A DNA stretch of 64,000 bases from an uncultured Acidobacteriota bacterium (lineage in GTDB: Bacteria; Acidobacteriota; Thermoanaerobaculia; Gp7-AA8), in the NCBI GenBank assembly GCA_963822445.1, contig CAWGHO010000003.1, positions 1,376,001-1,440,000 of the forward strand, read 5' to 3'. Below, piece after piece: positions 19,794 through 29,853 of the stretch. Position numbers and translations under genes: made by a program. Each line of letters opens with the position of its first letter. Position 1 is the first letter of the stretch. The notes beneath the pieces are model-generated. The model was not told where the DNA came from, did no database searches, and saw only the letters and a list, made by a program, of their open reading frames with translations.

Positions 19794-21497
19794 CTACTGA
19801 AAAAGCTTTCCGACGCCGGCGAACTGCTTGGCGACGTTCCAGTCGAACGAGATCGAAACGTACGGGGCGGTGCCGATGACCGTGTTCGTGCCATCGAGCT
19901 TTTCGTAGACCAGCGCTCCGCCGCCGACGCGGAGGGCGTCCGTGACGCGGAAGCCGCCGCCGATGACCAGCGATTGATTGCCGAACAGATCCTGCCGGGT
20001 CTTGTTCGTGTCGGCGACCGACGTCGCAGTCATCCCGATGGTGAAGGACACGCGGCGCTTGATGCCGCCCTTGAGCCGCAACGGCGCGTCTTTGTTGATC
20101 GGGCGGAAGTAGACGTTTGCGCCGAGGTAGGGGACGGTGGTCTCGATGTTCGGGGCGTACGCGAAACCGGCATCGGCGGAGATGTACCAGTTCACGAACG
20201 TGTCGTAGGTGCCGACGGTGTCGGATCCGATGAGGCGAACCGCCCGAATCTCCTCGCGGACCTCGTCGGCGAGCGCGTTGACCCGCGAGTCGCGGGACGT
20301 CGAGTTTTCCGCGATGTTCCGCCCCGCATTGACCATCCGGAACGCTTCCGAGGCCGCGGCATCGATCGGATTGCCGCGGGCGGTGAGCGTTCGCAGGGCA
20401 GTGACCTGCTCGGCGGTGAGCTGATTCGTACGGGCGAGGTCATCGAACACACCGTCGCTGTCGAGTCGCTTGACCCACTGGCCGAGGCCGCGCAACGTGT
20501 CGCGGGTCTGGGTGAGATTCGTGACGCGAGTCGTGGCCGCGTCGGCAGTGATGTCGACGGTCATCGATTGCAGCGAGCGATCGGGGGACGTGATGGAGGC
20601 GCCCCGCGCAACGACTTCGAGCTGCGCCGGCGTGAGGGAGATCAACCGGATCTCGTCGGCGTGCGCGTCGAGGTCCGTGGCCACTTCGGGCTGCGTGCTG
20701 GCCAGTGTCCGCAGCCTGCGCACCAGCAGCGTCAGCGGCGCCTCGGCGATGGAATTCAGATTCGCGCGAAGCCGCGTCGCCCCTTCATTGAACGTCTCCA
20801 CGCCGTTCACCTTCTGCTGCTGGTCGTCGATGATCTCGGCGATGCTGGAGGTGAACTGCTCGTCGATGTCGGTGGACGGATCGAGGATGCTTCCGACCAC
20901 GACGCAAGGCGCGAGCGTGCGGACTTCGCTGATCAGATCGGCGCGCAGCGCGTCGAAGGCGGCCTGGGACTGGTTGGAATCGGTGAAGTTGCCGAGCCGG
21001 CGGGCGATGAGATCGCGCGCCCGCGGTTGAAAGGCCGCGGCCTGCGCGTCGGTCGGCGTTCCATGCACGTCGAAGAGGAAGACGTAAAGGCGCTGCGCGT
21101 CGAGGGCGTCGATGGGAAGAGAGAAGCGGGGCGCGGCGCCGGCTGCCGGCGCGGTGAGGGCGTCGCGCTCCCAGACCAGGGCTTGCGGTGGCCGCCAGGC
21201 GTTGCGATCGTCGAGGACCGGAGTGCAGTTCTCATCGCGCCGGATCGAACCGGGCCGCGGACAATCGCTGCGTTTGCATTCGCGGTAAACGAGCTCGATG
21301 CGATCGACGCGATCTGGCACGTCGCCGACCATCTCGAAGGGAACGTCGAAGGGAACCGTGCCCGTGGCCGCGGTGCTGCGCAGGTCGACCTCGATGCGGG
21401 CGCGCGAGGGCACCGTGCCCTGCTGCTGTTGCTGTGCCGCGGACGGGGCCGCAGGCAGGAACGCGGCACACGCGAGGAGGATCGCCATCCGTTTCAT
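19794..21497 (-). CDS. Exported protein: N-terminal beta domain, helical/coiled-coil middle, C-terminal amphipathic beta strands
   Basis: SD aaggag, signal peptide, alternating pattern in 'YISADAGFAY..YLGANVYF..VSFTIGM..YVSISFDW'. Confidence 0.75.
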   Translation of the reverse strand: MKRMAILLACAAFLPAAPSAAQQQQQGTVPSRARIEVDLRSTAATGTVPFDVPFEMVGDVPDRVDRIELVYRECKRSDCPRPGSIRRDENCTPVLDDRNAWRPPQALVWERDALTAPAAGAAPRFSLPIDALDAQRLYVFLFDVHGTPTDAQAAAFQPRARDLIARRLGNFTDSNQSQAAFDALRADLISEVRTLAPCVVVGSILDPSTDIDEQFTSSIAEIIDDQQQKVNGVETFNEGATRLRANLNSIAEAPLTLLVRRLRTLASTQPEVATDLDAHADEIRLISLTPAQLEVVARGASITSPDRSLQSMTVDITADAATTRVTNLTQTRDTLRGLGQWVKRLDSDGVFDDLARTNQLTAEQVTALRTLTARGNPIDAAASEAFRMVNAGRNIAENSTSRDSRVNALADEVREEIRAVRLIGSDTVGTYDTFVNWYISADAGFAYAPNIETTVPYLGANVYFRPINKDAPLRLKGGIKRRVSFTIGMTATSVADTNKTRQDLFGNQSLVIGGGFRVTDALRVGGGALVYEKLDGTNTVIGTAPYVSISFDWNVAKQFAGVGKLFQ

Positions 21498-21573
21498 CCG
21501 GACTCCTTATCGTCGCTTTTCTCTCTCAGGGGATCGACGCGTAAGGATACGCGAACTGCGGAACGGCGAGGCG

Positions 21574-21606
21574 GCGGACCCGCCGGTCAGAAACCGGCGG
21601 GTCCGC
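21574..21606 (-). terminator. Strong 14-bp hairpin downstream of 21616-22449, possible terminator or RNA-stability element
   Basis: gcggacccgccggt-cagaa-accggcgggtccgc; no clear U-tract. Confidence 0.45.
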
Positions 21607-21615
21607 GTTGCGACT

Positions 21616-22449
21616 TCAGGGGAAGCGAACCTCGATCGTGCCGGCGTACGACACGATGCACGGCTGATACGGATATTCGGGACTGCTCCAGCAATCGTAG
21701 AAGCGCTGCGTGATCGAGGCTTCCGATTTCACGACGGCGCTGAACGAGGAGCTCTTCGCGTACACGACCGGGTGCGACGTCTGGCAGAGAACACCACCGC
21801 CCGAGTAGTCACTGCACGTTTTGCTGTAGCCGTACGGATCGAAATACGGGCCACCGGTCGGTCCCCATACGAGATTGCTGGACTGTTTCGCGCGGACAGT
21901 GGCCCTGCTGTAGCCGGTTGCCTCGCACCAGACGGTCGTTCCCACACCGTACTGATATTCCGTCGACGTGACGTTGACGTAACGCCAGGTCTCCAGGTAG
22001 CTGCCGTCGTCGAACCAGAGATAGATGTACTGGGTCGACGCGGCGTTCGGAGCAATGCCGAAAGCATTGGCCGCCACGCGATCCTTCGGTTCCTGCGGAT
22101 TGGCGACGAAGCGGCGCTCGGCGTCCGGAGTGGTCTGCCGTGCCGCGGCGATGGCGACGCGGGCTTTGGTGAACGCTGACTCGGGGGCATAGGCGAAGAC
22201 CAACGCCTGTCCCGGCCCGCTCGCCGGCGCATCCTCGGCCAGCGATCCGTCGATCTTCCGAAGATAGAACCGGACGCCGGCCGGAACCACGGTTCCCTCG
22301 GGAACGAGAGCGCGACCCGTTTCCGGATCGGCAATGGCAATGAACGCATTGGGGGCGAGGTCCGCGACCGGCTCGGCGGCGAAACCGGAGATCGCGATCA
22401 TCGCGATCATGAACACAAAGAGACTCCTGACTGAAGCTCGCATCAGCAC
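21616..22449 (-). CDS. Hypothetical secreted protein with Tyr/Cys-rich C-terminal domain
   Basis: Signal peptide ..AISGFA; start 22449 or 22443. Confidence 0.7.
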   Translation of the reverse strand: MLMRASVRSLFVFMIAMIAISGFAAEPVADLAPNAFIAIADPETGRALVPEGTVVPAGVRFYLRKIDGSLAEDAPASGPGQALVFAYAPESAFTKARVAIAAARQTTPDAERRFVANPQEPKDRVAANAFGIAPNAASTQYIYLWFDDGSYLETWRYVNVTSTEYQYGVGTTVWCEATGYSRATVRAKQSSNLVWGPTGGPYFDPYGYSKTCSDYSGGGVLCQTSHPVVYAKSSSFSAVVKSEASITQRFYDCWSSPEYPYQPCIVSYAGTIEVRFP

Positions 22450-22579
22450 CTTCCTGATTTGGTGTATTTGGAAATAATTGTGGACGGGGAAGACGCGGCA
22501 CTTTAGAGGTGCGATGCTGGGTTGTCAACGACGCAAAGCAGACCGGCCGGCCGGTGAATGCTGATCCTGACGATTCGCT

Positions 22580-22894
22580 CTAAAAGCATTCAGCAATACC
22601 GAATCGTGCCGAAAGAACTACAGCTGTGGAGAGGTCTTCCGGCGCTGCGGCGCGCGCGGTGTCGGCAACCGCAGGTTGGTGATGGCCCATCGGCTCGCTC
22701 CACGAAAAGCGAAAGGACGTTTCGGCCGCGTTGTCCCGATTCGCATCGAGATCCGCACGCACGGTTCGGCCGAAATACCGGTGAGTTCTCATCGTCATGC
22801 CGTATTGGTGGGAAGTCGAGGAGCCGAACAGCCACCACGCCAGCGCTGGTACAGCGAGGAGGATCAGCAGGAGAGTTGCTCGCCGCGCGGTCAC
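22580..22894 (-). CDS. Small hypothetical membrane-anchored protein
   Basis: GTGA overlap with upstream methylase; N-terminal TM. Confidence 0.45.
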   Translation of the reverse strand: MTARRATLLLILLAVPALAWWLFGSSTSHQYGMTMRTHRYFGRTVRADLDANRDNAAETSFRFSWSEPMGHHQPAVADTARAAAPEDLSTAVVLSARFGIAECF

Positions 22895-23733
22895 GCGCTC
22901 GGCTCCGCGGGCACGTTGCCGGGCGGAAAGCCGAAGCTGAGACGGACCGCGGAGTATTCGGGATCGACGGAGCCGTCGCGTTTGCGGATGGTGAGTGGCG
23001 GCTCGCGGAACGCCTGAAAGGTCGTCGGAATGTCCTCGGCCCTTGACGCGGCGAAGAGCGTGACCAGCGGCGGATCGCCTTCGCGGAAGATGACGTCGCG
23101 GCGGCGGATGAGAATCAATCCGGCGCCGGTGACAGCCTCCAACGCGCGATCGAGTTGCACCGTCGGAAAGACGAACGCGAACAAACCGCCGGGCGCGAGG
23201 ATGCGCGCCGCTGTTTGCGCGTAATCGGCAATCGATCCCCGCACTTCGATCCGCGCCGGAATCGCCTGCGGATGTTCGGCCACGGTCGCGGTTCCCGCGG
23301 GCCAGTAGGGTGGCGAGCCGGTGACGAGATCGAACGGCCTTTCTTTGTCAAGAATTGACACGTCCCGTAGATCGCCGTGGTAGAGCGTGAACCGCGATTC
23401 GAGGCCGTTGAAGCGCACGCTCTTGCGCGCGAGGGCGATGGACATCTCCTGCGCTTCGACGGTGCAGAACGTCGCGCCGGGAAGCCGCCACGCGGAGATC
23501 AAAGCGACGGAGCCGATGCCCGATCCGAGGTCGCAGGCTCGGTCGACGCGAGGTGCGTGGGTGGTTCCGTACCACGCGGTGATCACGTCGTCCGTCGAGT
23601 AGCGATGACCTTTGGCGTACTGAAAGATGCGGAAGCGGCCGCAGAGAAAATCGAGGGTCTCGCCGGGTTCCGGCTCGATTCCGCCGGGAGGCTCGGGGCC
23701 GGGGCGGCGCCACCCGCGGTAGTACTCGTCCAT
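22891..23733 (-). CDS. SAM-dependent methyltransferase, TrmN6/YfiC (tRNA1Val A37 N6) family-like
   Basis: 'IFQYAKGHRYSTDD', 'DLGSGIG', 'VEAQ', 'FDLVTGSPPY'. Confidence 0.85.
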   Translation of the reverse strand: MDEYYRGWRRPGPEPPGGIEPEPGETLDFLCGRFRIFQYAKGHRYSTDDVITAWYGTTHAPRVDRACDLGSGIGSVALISAWRLPGATFCTVEAQEMSIALARKSVRFNGLESRFTLYHGDLRDVSILDKERPFDLVTGSPPYWPAGTATVAEHPQAIPARIEVRGSIADYAQTAARILAPGGLFAFVFPTVQLDRALEAVTGAGLILIRRRDVIFREGDPPLVTLFAASRAEDIPTTFQAFREPPLTIRKRDGSVDPEYSAVRLSFGFPPGNVPAEPSA

Positions 23734-23799
23734 CGTGTAGTGTGGGCCTCTGGCCTACGTCTTCGAACCGGAGGTAGGCCGGAGGCCCACACTACACGA
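23733..23799. repeat. REP-like long palindrome (GT(A/G)GTG..GCCTC.GGCCT family)
   Basis: tcgtgtagtgtgggcctctggcctac ... gtaggccggaggcccacactacacga; related to 39911-39979. Confidence 0.8.
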
Positions 23800-23812
23800 G
23801 GAGACTCGTTGC

Positions 23813-24140
23813 ATGACATCGAAAACTGGTCTGGACCAGCGATCCCGAGGCCGCGAGACGGTTGCGCGAGGAGGGGAAGCTCGATCCGGCAAAAGACGCC
23901 GAGCCTTCGAAGCAGACGATTCGCGTCGTTGCCGATCGGAAGCGTCGCGCGGGCAAGACCGTCACCGTTGCGAGCGGCTTCGAGCACACGCCGGAGTCGC
24001 TGGTGAAGCTCGCCGCATCGCTGAAGAAAAAGTGTGGCAGCGGCGGAACGGCGAAGGATGCGGAGATCGAGATCCAGGGCGACCATGTGGCGAAGATCGC
24101 CGATGAGTTGAGGAAGCTCGGGTACCGCGTCAAGCCGTAA
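23813..24140 (+). CDS. yciH: SUI1/YciH translation-factor family protein; apparent 1-nt frameshift near the 5' end (in-frame TTG alternative at 23862)
   Basis: 'RRAGKTVTV..LKKKCGSGGTAKDAEIEIQGDH'; the SD-preceded ATG 23813 is out of frame by one A with 'KLVWTSDPE'. Confidence 0.85.
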
Positions 24141-24192
24141 GGCGCGTTGCTATACTTCGTCCGGTTCAAATCAACAAACGCCGGAGGGTTTC

Positions 24193-26424
24193 ATGGCGCG
24201 AAGCCGTGTTCGCATTACCACTGGTGCGGCGGTGGCCCTGGGCTCCGCGCTCCTTCCGCAAGCCGCGGACGCGGCGACGTTCACCGTCTCCAACACGAAC
24301 GATACCGGCGCGGGAAGCCTGCGCGCCGCGATCGCCGATGCGAACGCGACCGCCGGCGCGGACACGATCAACTTCACCACCAGCGGCACGATCGTCCTCA
24401 CCACTGGCGAACTGACGATCACCGACTCGGTGACCATCGACGGGCCGGGCCCGGAAACGCTCACCGTCAGCGCCAACAACGCCTCGCGCGTCCTGACCAT
24501 CGACGACGGTGTCGACGGAACGCTGCGCGACGTCACGCTCGAAGGACTGACCATCACCGGCGGCGAAACGGCGGGCGAGGGCGGCGGCATCGTCTCGCGC
24601 GAGAACCTGACCCTGACCGGCGTAGTCCTCACGCAGAACCAGGCCCACCAGGCCGGCGGGATGAAGCACGAGATCGGTTCGCTCACGCTCACGGACGTCG
24701 ACGTCCTTGCGAACGAAACCACGCAGTACTACGCAGGAATGAAGGTCGCCACCTGCCCGAGCGTGTCCTTCTTCAACGTCCGTGTCGTCGACAACGTGTC
24801 GTTTCTCGGCGCAGGCGGCGGCGTGCAGCTCGAGGACATCGGGACGCTCGTGATCGAAGACAGCACGATCTCCGGCAACAGCGCGCAGAACATCGCCGGG
24901 CTCTGGATCTACCACGGCTCCCTGGCCGATCCGGCGGTCATCCGCCGCACCACGATCTCCGGGAACTACGCGACGATCAGTTGGGCCGGCGGTCTCATTT
25001 GCTGGGACACGGAGCTGACCGTCGAGAACTCCACCATCAGCGGCAACAACGCCGTCACCTCGGGCGGTGGGCTGTATCTCTACGGCAGCCAGGTCACTCT
25101 CGTGAACACCACGGTCACGGGAAATACCGGAGGAAACGACGGCGGCAACGTCGTCCTGTACAGCAACGCCGACCTGATCCTCGAGAACTCGATCATCGCC
25201 AACGGCGTCGCCGGGGCGGAACCCGACATCATCAGCGTGCACGGGGGAAACAGCGTTGTCGCGGATCATGCCCTCATCGAAACTCTGCCGACGACGACCA
25301 CCGTCACCGGCTCGGACATCATCACCGGCGTCGATCCGGAGCTCGGTGTGTTGCAGAACAACGGCGGCCTCACCGCGACGCACAAGCCGGCGGGCACGAG
25401 CCCGGTCGTCGACGCCGGCGATCCTTTGTGCGACTGCGCGATCACCGACCAGCGCGGCCTGACTCGCGTTGCGGGAGAGCAGGTCGATCTCGGTTCGGTG
25501 GAGTTGCAGCCGGGGACGTTGTCGGTCTCGCCGGCGACATACAACGTGGCCGAGGATGGGGGGACGGTCACTGTGACGGTGAGTCGCACCGGCGGCAGCG
25601 ACCGCGCGGTCTCCGTTCAATACGCGACGGTCAGCGGCACGGCGACGGCCGGCGCCGATTACACCGCGGCATCGGGAACGCTGTCCTGGGCCGCGGGCGA
25701 AACGGCGTCGAAGTCGGTCAACGTGACCATCCTCAATGACGCGACTGCCGAGCTGTCGGAGACGTTCGAGCTCGTGCTGTCGTCGCCCACGGGCGGCGCG
25801 GCGCTGGGAACGATGAACGCGGCGATCACCATCGCCGAGAACGATCTGCCGCCGTTCGGCCCCCCAGCGAACGTCACCGCGACTGCAACCGGCGCGAGCT
25901 CGGTATCGGTGAGCTGGTCGCCGGTCAGCGACGCGACGGGATACGAAGTCTTCCGCGCGACCTCGCTCACTTCCGGTTACACCTCCCTCGGAACGACGGG
26001 CACCACGGGATTCACCGATTCATCGGCAAGCGCGAACACGACCTATCTGTACAAGGTGCGCACCCTTGGCACCGGCGCACCTTCGGACTACAGCGCGATC
26101 GACGTGGCCACGACCGTGGTCATGACCGATGCGATTCTGAACAGCGCGATCCCGATCAAGGCGATCCATCTCACCGAGTTGCGCACGGCCGTAAACGCCA
26201 TGCGCGCCGCGGCAGGATTGAGCGCGGCGACGTTCACCGACCCGTCGCCGACGTCGGCGACGCTGATCAAGCGCGTGCACATCGTCGAGCTGCGCTCGGC
26301 TCTCGATGAGGCGCGGGCGGCGCTTGGATTGCCGGCGATCAGCTACACCGATCCGACGATCACGCAGAACGTGACGACCGCGAAGGCCGCGCACTGGATG
26401 GAGCTGCGGGGTGGGGTGGGCTAG
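24193..26424 (+). CDS. Secreted beta-helix (polymorphic/choice-of-anchor Q) + Calx-beta + FN3 + triple-repeat C-terminal domain protein
   Basis: 'TFTVSNTNDTGAGSLRAAI', 'NSTISGN..GGG' repeats, 'NNGGLT..SPVVDAG..DQRG..DLGSVE', Calx-beta 'GTATAGADY'. Confidence 0.88.
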   Translation: MARSRVRITTGAAVALGSALLPQAADAATFTVSNTNDTGAGSLRAAIADANATAGADTINFTTSGTIVLTTGELTITDSVTIDGPGPETLTVSANNASRVLTIDDGVDGTLRDVTLEGLTITGGETAGEGGGIVSRENLTLTGVVLTQNQAHQAGGMKHEIGSLTLTDVDVLANETTQYYAGMKVATCPSVSFFNVRVVDNVSFLGAGGGVQLEDIGTLVIEDSTISGNSAQNIAGLWIYHGSLADPAVIRRTTISGNYATISWAGGLICWDTELTVENSTISGNNAVTSGGGLYLYGSQVTLVNTTVTGNTGGNDGGNVVLYSNADLILENSIIANGVAGAEPDIISVHGGNSVVADHALIETLPTTTTVTGSDIITGVDPELGVLQNNGGLTATHKPAGTSPVVDAGDPLCDCAITDQRGLTRVAGEQVDLGSVELQPGTLSVSPATYNVAEDGGTVTVTVSRTGGSDRAVSVQYATVSGTATAGADYTAASGTLSWAAGETASKSVNVTILNDATAELSETFELVLSSPTGGAALGTMNAAITIAENDLPPFGPPANVTATATGASSVSVSWSPVSDATGYEVFRATSLTSGYTSLGTTGTTGFTDSSASANTTYLYKVRTLGTGAPSDYSAIDVATTVVMTDAILNSAIPIKAIHLTELRTAVNAMRAAAGLSAATFTDPSPTSATLIKRVHIVELRSALDEARAALGLPAISYTDPTITQNVTTAKAAHWMELRGGVG

Positions 26425-26429
26425 CGAAG

Positions 26430-26520
26430 CTCTGGAGTGCGGCAGCAGAGCTGCCGCTTTCTACCGCGGCGGCGATGCCGCCGCGAGTGAGAGCGGTGGC
26501 TGTGCCACCGCAGTCCAGAG
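26430..26520. repeat. REP-like palindrome cluster (same family as 8726)
   Basis: ctctggagtgcggcagcagagctgccgct ... agcggtggctgtgccaccgcagtccagag. Confidence 0.8.
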
Positions 26521-26528
26521 AGCTTTGC

Positions 26529-26960
26529 TTACTTGATCTCCACCAGCTCCAGCTCGAACGTCAGCGTCTTCCCGGCCAGCGGATGATTCGCGTCGAGCGT
26601 CACTCCCTCGTCATCCAGCCCGACGACCTGCATCGACGCGGCCTTGCCGTCGGGCAGGGTCACGCGGACGTAGTCGCCGACCTCGACTTCGAGCCCGCCC
26701 TGCAACGAGGACCGCGGGACGTGAAATACGAGCTGCTCCTCGCGGTCGCCGTATGCCTGTTCGGCGGGGATGTTTTCGGTCTTCTTCTCGCCGGCAGCCA
26801 TGCCGAGAATCGCGTTCTCGAACCCATCGATCACCTCGTGAGCGCCGATGGTGAACTCGATGGGGTCGCTGCCCTCCGACGAGTCGAAGACCGACCCGTC
26901 GTCGAGCGTTCCCTTGTAATGCACGGTGACCGTGTCGCCCTGTCCGGCTGTGCTTTTCAT
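26529..26960 (-). CDS. FKBP-type peptidyl-prolyl isomerase (SlyD/FkpB-like, no His tail)
   Basis: 'VHYKGTLDDGSVFDSS', 'AYG', 'LDANHPLAGKTLTFELE'. Confidence 0.95.
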   Translation of the reverse strand: MKSTAGQGDTVTVHYKGTLDDGSVFDSSEGSDPIEFTIGAHEVIDGFENAILGMAAGEKKTENIPAEQAYGDREEQLVFHVPRSSLQGGLEVEVGDYVRVTLPDGKAASMQVVGLDDEGVTLDANHPLAGKTLTFELELVEIK

Positions 26961-29710
26961 CGGATCGGATTCCCGTCGGCGTCGAGCTTGATCACTTCGC
27001 CGAGGTTCAGCTCGCGGACGCCGGCCTCGATCTTTTTCAGATCGCCGATGATCAGCCAGATCATTTCATCGGGCCGGACGTACGCCTTTGCCGCCGAGTT
27101 CAGCGTTTCTTCGTTCAGCGCCCGAACGCTCGACGCGTATTTCGCGAAGTAATCGTCGGGATATCCGAGGTTCGTGAGGCGGATGGCTGCGTTCTGCAGC
27201 GAGCCCAGAGTCTCGTACGCGCCCGGCAGACGGAGGGTCTGGTTGCGCATCACGCTCTGGAACTCCTCGCCGGCCAGCGGACGCTCGCCCGCAACGCCGC
27301 GCACTTCCTTGACCACTTCGAGAATCGATTCTTTGGTCTTGTCGGTTTGCACCGGCGCGACCACGAGGAACGGACGCTGGCCACGAGTCTCCACGATCTG
27401 ACCCTGCGTGCCGTAGCTCCAGTGCTTGTCGAGGCGGAGGTTGCGATTGAGGCGGGAGGTGGCGATGCCGCCGAAGTTGCGCATCACCGTTTCCACCGCC
27501 AGGTCTTCCGCACGGCCGCCGGTTTCGGACAGATGCGCGGCCACGATCACCGACTGCGGCGCGTCGGGCTTGTCGATGAGGTAGACCTTCTTGCCGGCGG
27601 TGCGGGGAAGGGTGTCGAGCTGTTTCTTCGGCGCCTGGCCGGGCTTCCACGAGCCGAACGCGCGCTCGAGCTCGGGCTCGAGCTTGTCCATGGTGATGTC
27701 GCCCGCGACGATCAGCGTGGCGTTGTTCGGAACGAACCAGCTCTTGTGCCATTCGGCGAGATCGGCGCGCGTCAGCGGCGTGACTGTCTCGACGTAACCC
27801 GTTCCGGTAAGCGGCTTGGCGTACGCGTGATCCGCGCCGTACAGCAGGCGCGGGAAGATGCGGTTCACATTCGCCGTCGGGCTGGCTTTCTCCTGCGCGA
27901 TGCGGGCGATGCGCTGCCGCTTGGAGAGCGCGACCATGTCCGTCGCGAACGCGGGATTGAGAATGACGTCGGCGTAGATGTCGAGCGACTTGCCGAGGTT
28001 CATCGGCAGCGCGGAGAGGTTGACGAAGGACATGTCCAGCGAGTTGCCGGTGTTGATCGTCGCGCCGAGGGAGTCGAGCTGGTTGACGATGGCGAAGGTG
28101 TCGCGGGTGGCAGTGCCTTCGTCCAGCACGTCGAGTGCGAGGCCCGCGAGTCCCGCGCGCGACGCGGGATCGGACGCGTAACCGGCGTCGAGGGCGAGGG
28201 TCATGTTCACGATCGGCGCGGAGTGACGCTCGAGGAGCATGACCTTCAGGCCATTGGAAAGCGTGGTGCGCTGCACCGGAGGGAACTTGACCTCCGGCGC
28301 GTCGCCGAGCGACGGCAGGATCTTGCGGTCGATGGTGGACTTGCCCGGCGCGAGCGTCGGGAAGGGCTTGACCAGCAGGGTGTAGTGATTCGTGTCGAGC
28401 CAGGTCTTGGCGACTTTCTGGATGTCCGCCGGGGTCGCGGTCTGCGCGACTTCGAGCGAGCGGAGATAGAACTCGGGATCGCCGCCGAAGGTCATGCTCT
28501 CGGCGAGCACGTCCGAGCGCCCGCCGAAGCCGCCGAGGCGCTCGATGCCGCGTACGAAGCCGGCAATCTGCCGGCTCTGCGCGCGCTGCAGCTCCTCGGC
28601 TTTCGGTCCGTTCTTGATGACGTCGGCGATGATCGCGTCGATCTCTTTCTCGGCGACCGCGGGATCGACGCCCGGCTTGACCGTGCCCTGCACGATGAAG
28701 GAGCTGGCGAGCTCGCGATCCCAGACGAACGCTCCGACGTCGGTCAGCAGCTCTTTTTCGTAAACCAGCGCCCGGTCCAGCCGCGCGCTTTTCGATCCGC
28801 TCAAAACCTCGGACAGAAGGTTCATGTACTGGAGCTGCTTATCGCGCCACGCCGGCGCGTGATAGACGCGATAGATGCGCGTCTGGGGAACGCGGTCCTG
28901 CATCTCGTCCCGGATGTTCCGATCGAACTTCGGAATCCACTCCTCGGTGCTCGACAGCGGCGGTCCCGGCGGGATCGCGCCGAAGTACTTCTTCACCAGC
29001 TCCAGCGCGCGCTCGGCGGTGATATCCCCGGCCAGCGCGAGCACGGCGTTGTTCGGGCCGTAGTAGGTGCTGTACCACTCCTTCACGTCCTCGAGCGACG
29101 CGGCGTTGAGGTCTTCCATCGAGCCGATCGTGGACCAGGAGTAGGGATGTGAGTAGGGGAAGATCGTTTCGACGACGCGGCCGAAGACGCGGCCGTAGGG
29201 CTGGTTTTCGCCCTGGCGCTTTTCGTTCTGCACGACGCCGCGCTCGCGCTCGAGCATTTCCTTGGAGATGTTGCCGGCCAGGAAGCCCATGCGATCGGCC
29301 TCGAGGTAGAGCGTGCGCTCGAGCGCGGAGACGGGGACGTCCTCGAAGAAATTCGTGCGATCGGTGCTCGTCGTGCCGTTGCGGTTGTTCGCGCCGAGGT
29401 CGTCCATGGCCTCGCGGAAGCCGTGCGGGTAGTTCTCCGAGCCGTTGAAGAAGAAGTGCTCGAAGAGATGCGCGAACCCGGTCTTGCCGCGCTTCTCGTT
29501 GCGCGAGCCGACGTGGTACCAGGAGTTGACCGCGACGATGGGGACGCTGTGATCGGTGTGAACGATCAGCGTCAGTCCGTTGTCGAGGACGAATTTCTGG
29601 TGGGGAATGGCCAGCTTCGATTTGTCGAAGGCGGGTTTCGCGGGGGTTTTGGTTTGCGCGAAGGTGTTGAGGGCGAGGAGGGAGCAGAGGACGAGCAGGG
29701 CTCTCTTCAT
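26957..29710 (-). CDS. Full-length two-module M16 zinc peptidase (PqqL-like)
   Basis: Signal peptide MKRALLVL; 'WYHVGS', 'GFAHLFEH', 'SRLNRNLR'. Confidence 0.93.
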   Translation of the reverse strand: MKRALLVLCSLLALNTFAQTKTPAKPAFDKSKLAIPHQKFVLDNGLTLIVHTDHSVPIVAVNSWYHVGSRNEKRGKTGFAHLFEHFFFNGSENYPHGFREAMDDLGANNRNGTTSTDRTNFFEDVPVSALERTLYLEADRMGFLAGNISKEMLERERGVVQNEKRQGENQPYGRVFGRVVETIFPYSHPYSWSTIGSMEDLNAASLEDVKEWYSTYYGPNNAVLALAGDITAERALELVKKYFGAIPPGPPLSSTEEWIPKFDRNIRDEMQDRVPQTRIYRVYHAPAWRDKQLQYMNLLSEVLSGSKSARLDRALVYEKELLTDVGAFVWDRELASSFIVQGTVKPGVDPAVAEKEIDAIIADVIKNGPKAEELQRAQSRQIAGFVRGIERLGGFGGRSDVLAESMTFGGDPEFYLRSLEVAQTATPADIQKVAKTWLDTNHYTLLVKPFPTLAPGKSTIDRKILPSLGDAPEVKFPPVQRTTLSNGLKVMLLERHSAPIVNMTLALDAGYASDPASRAGLAGLALDVLDEGTATRDTFAIVNQLDSLGATINTGNSLDMSFVNLSALPMNLGKSLDIYADVILNPAFATDMVALSKRQRIARIAQEKASPTANVNRIFPRLLYGADHAYAKPLTGTGYVETVTPLTRADLAEWHKSWFVPNNATLIVAGDITMDKLEPELERAFGSWKPGQAPKKQLDTLPRTAGKKVYLIDKPDAPQSVIVAAHLSETGGRAEDLAVETVMRNFGGIATSRLNRNLRLDKHWSYGTQGQIVETRGQRPFLVVAPVQTDKTKESILEVVKEVRGVAGERPLAGEEFQSVMRNQTLRLPGAYETLGSLQNAAIRLTNLGYPDDYFAKYASSVRALNEETLNSAAKAYVRPDEMIWLIIGDLKKIEAGVRELNLGEVIKLDADGNPIR

Positions 29711-29751
29711 ATTGCGCGGATTGTACGGAAAAGGGGGAGGGTGGGTTTTGT

Positions 29752-29852
29752 GGAGCGCCGGCGTCCCGCCGGCTGTTGCGCCGGCGTCCACGCCGGCTTG
29801 TCTTCGGCCGGCGGGACGCCGGCGCAACAGCCGCCGCGGACGGCGGCGCTCC
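29752..29852. repeat. GC-rich nested palindrome (REP-like, third family)
   Basis: ggagcgccggcgtcccgccggc ... gccggcgggacgccggcgc ... gcgctcc. Confidence 0.65.
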
Positions 29853-29853
29853 G

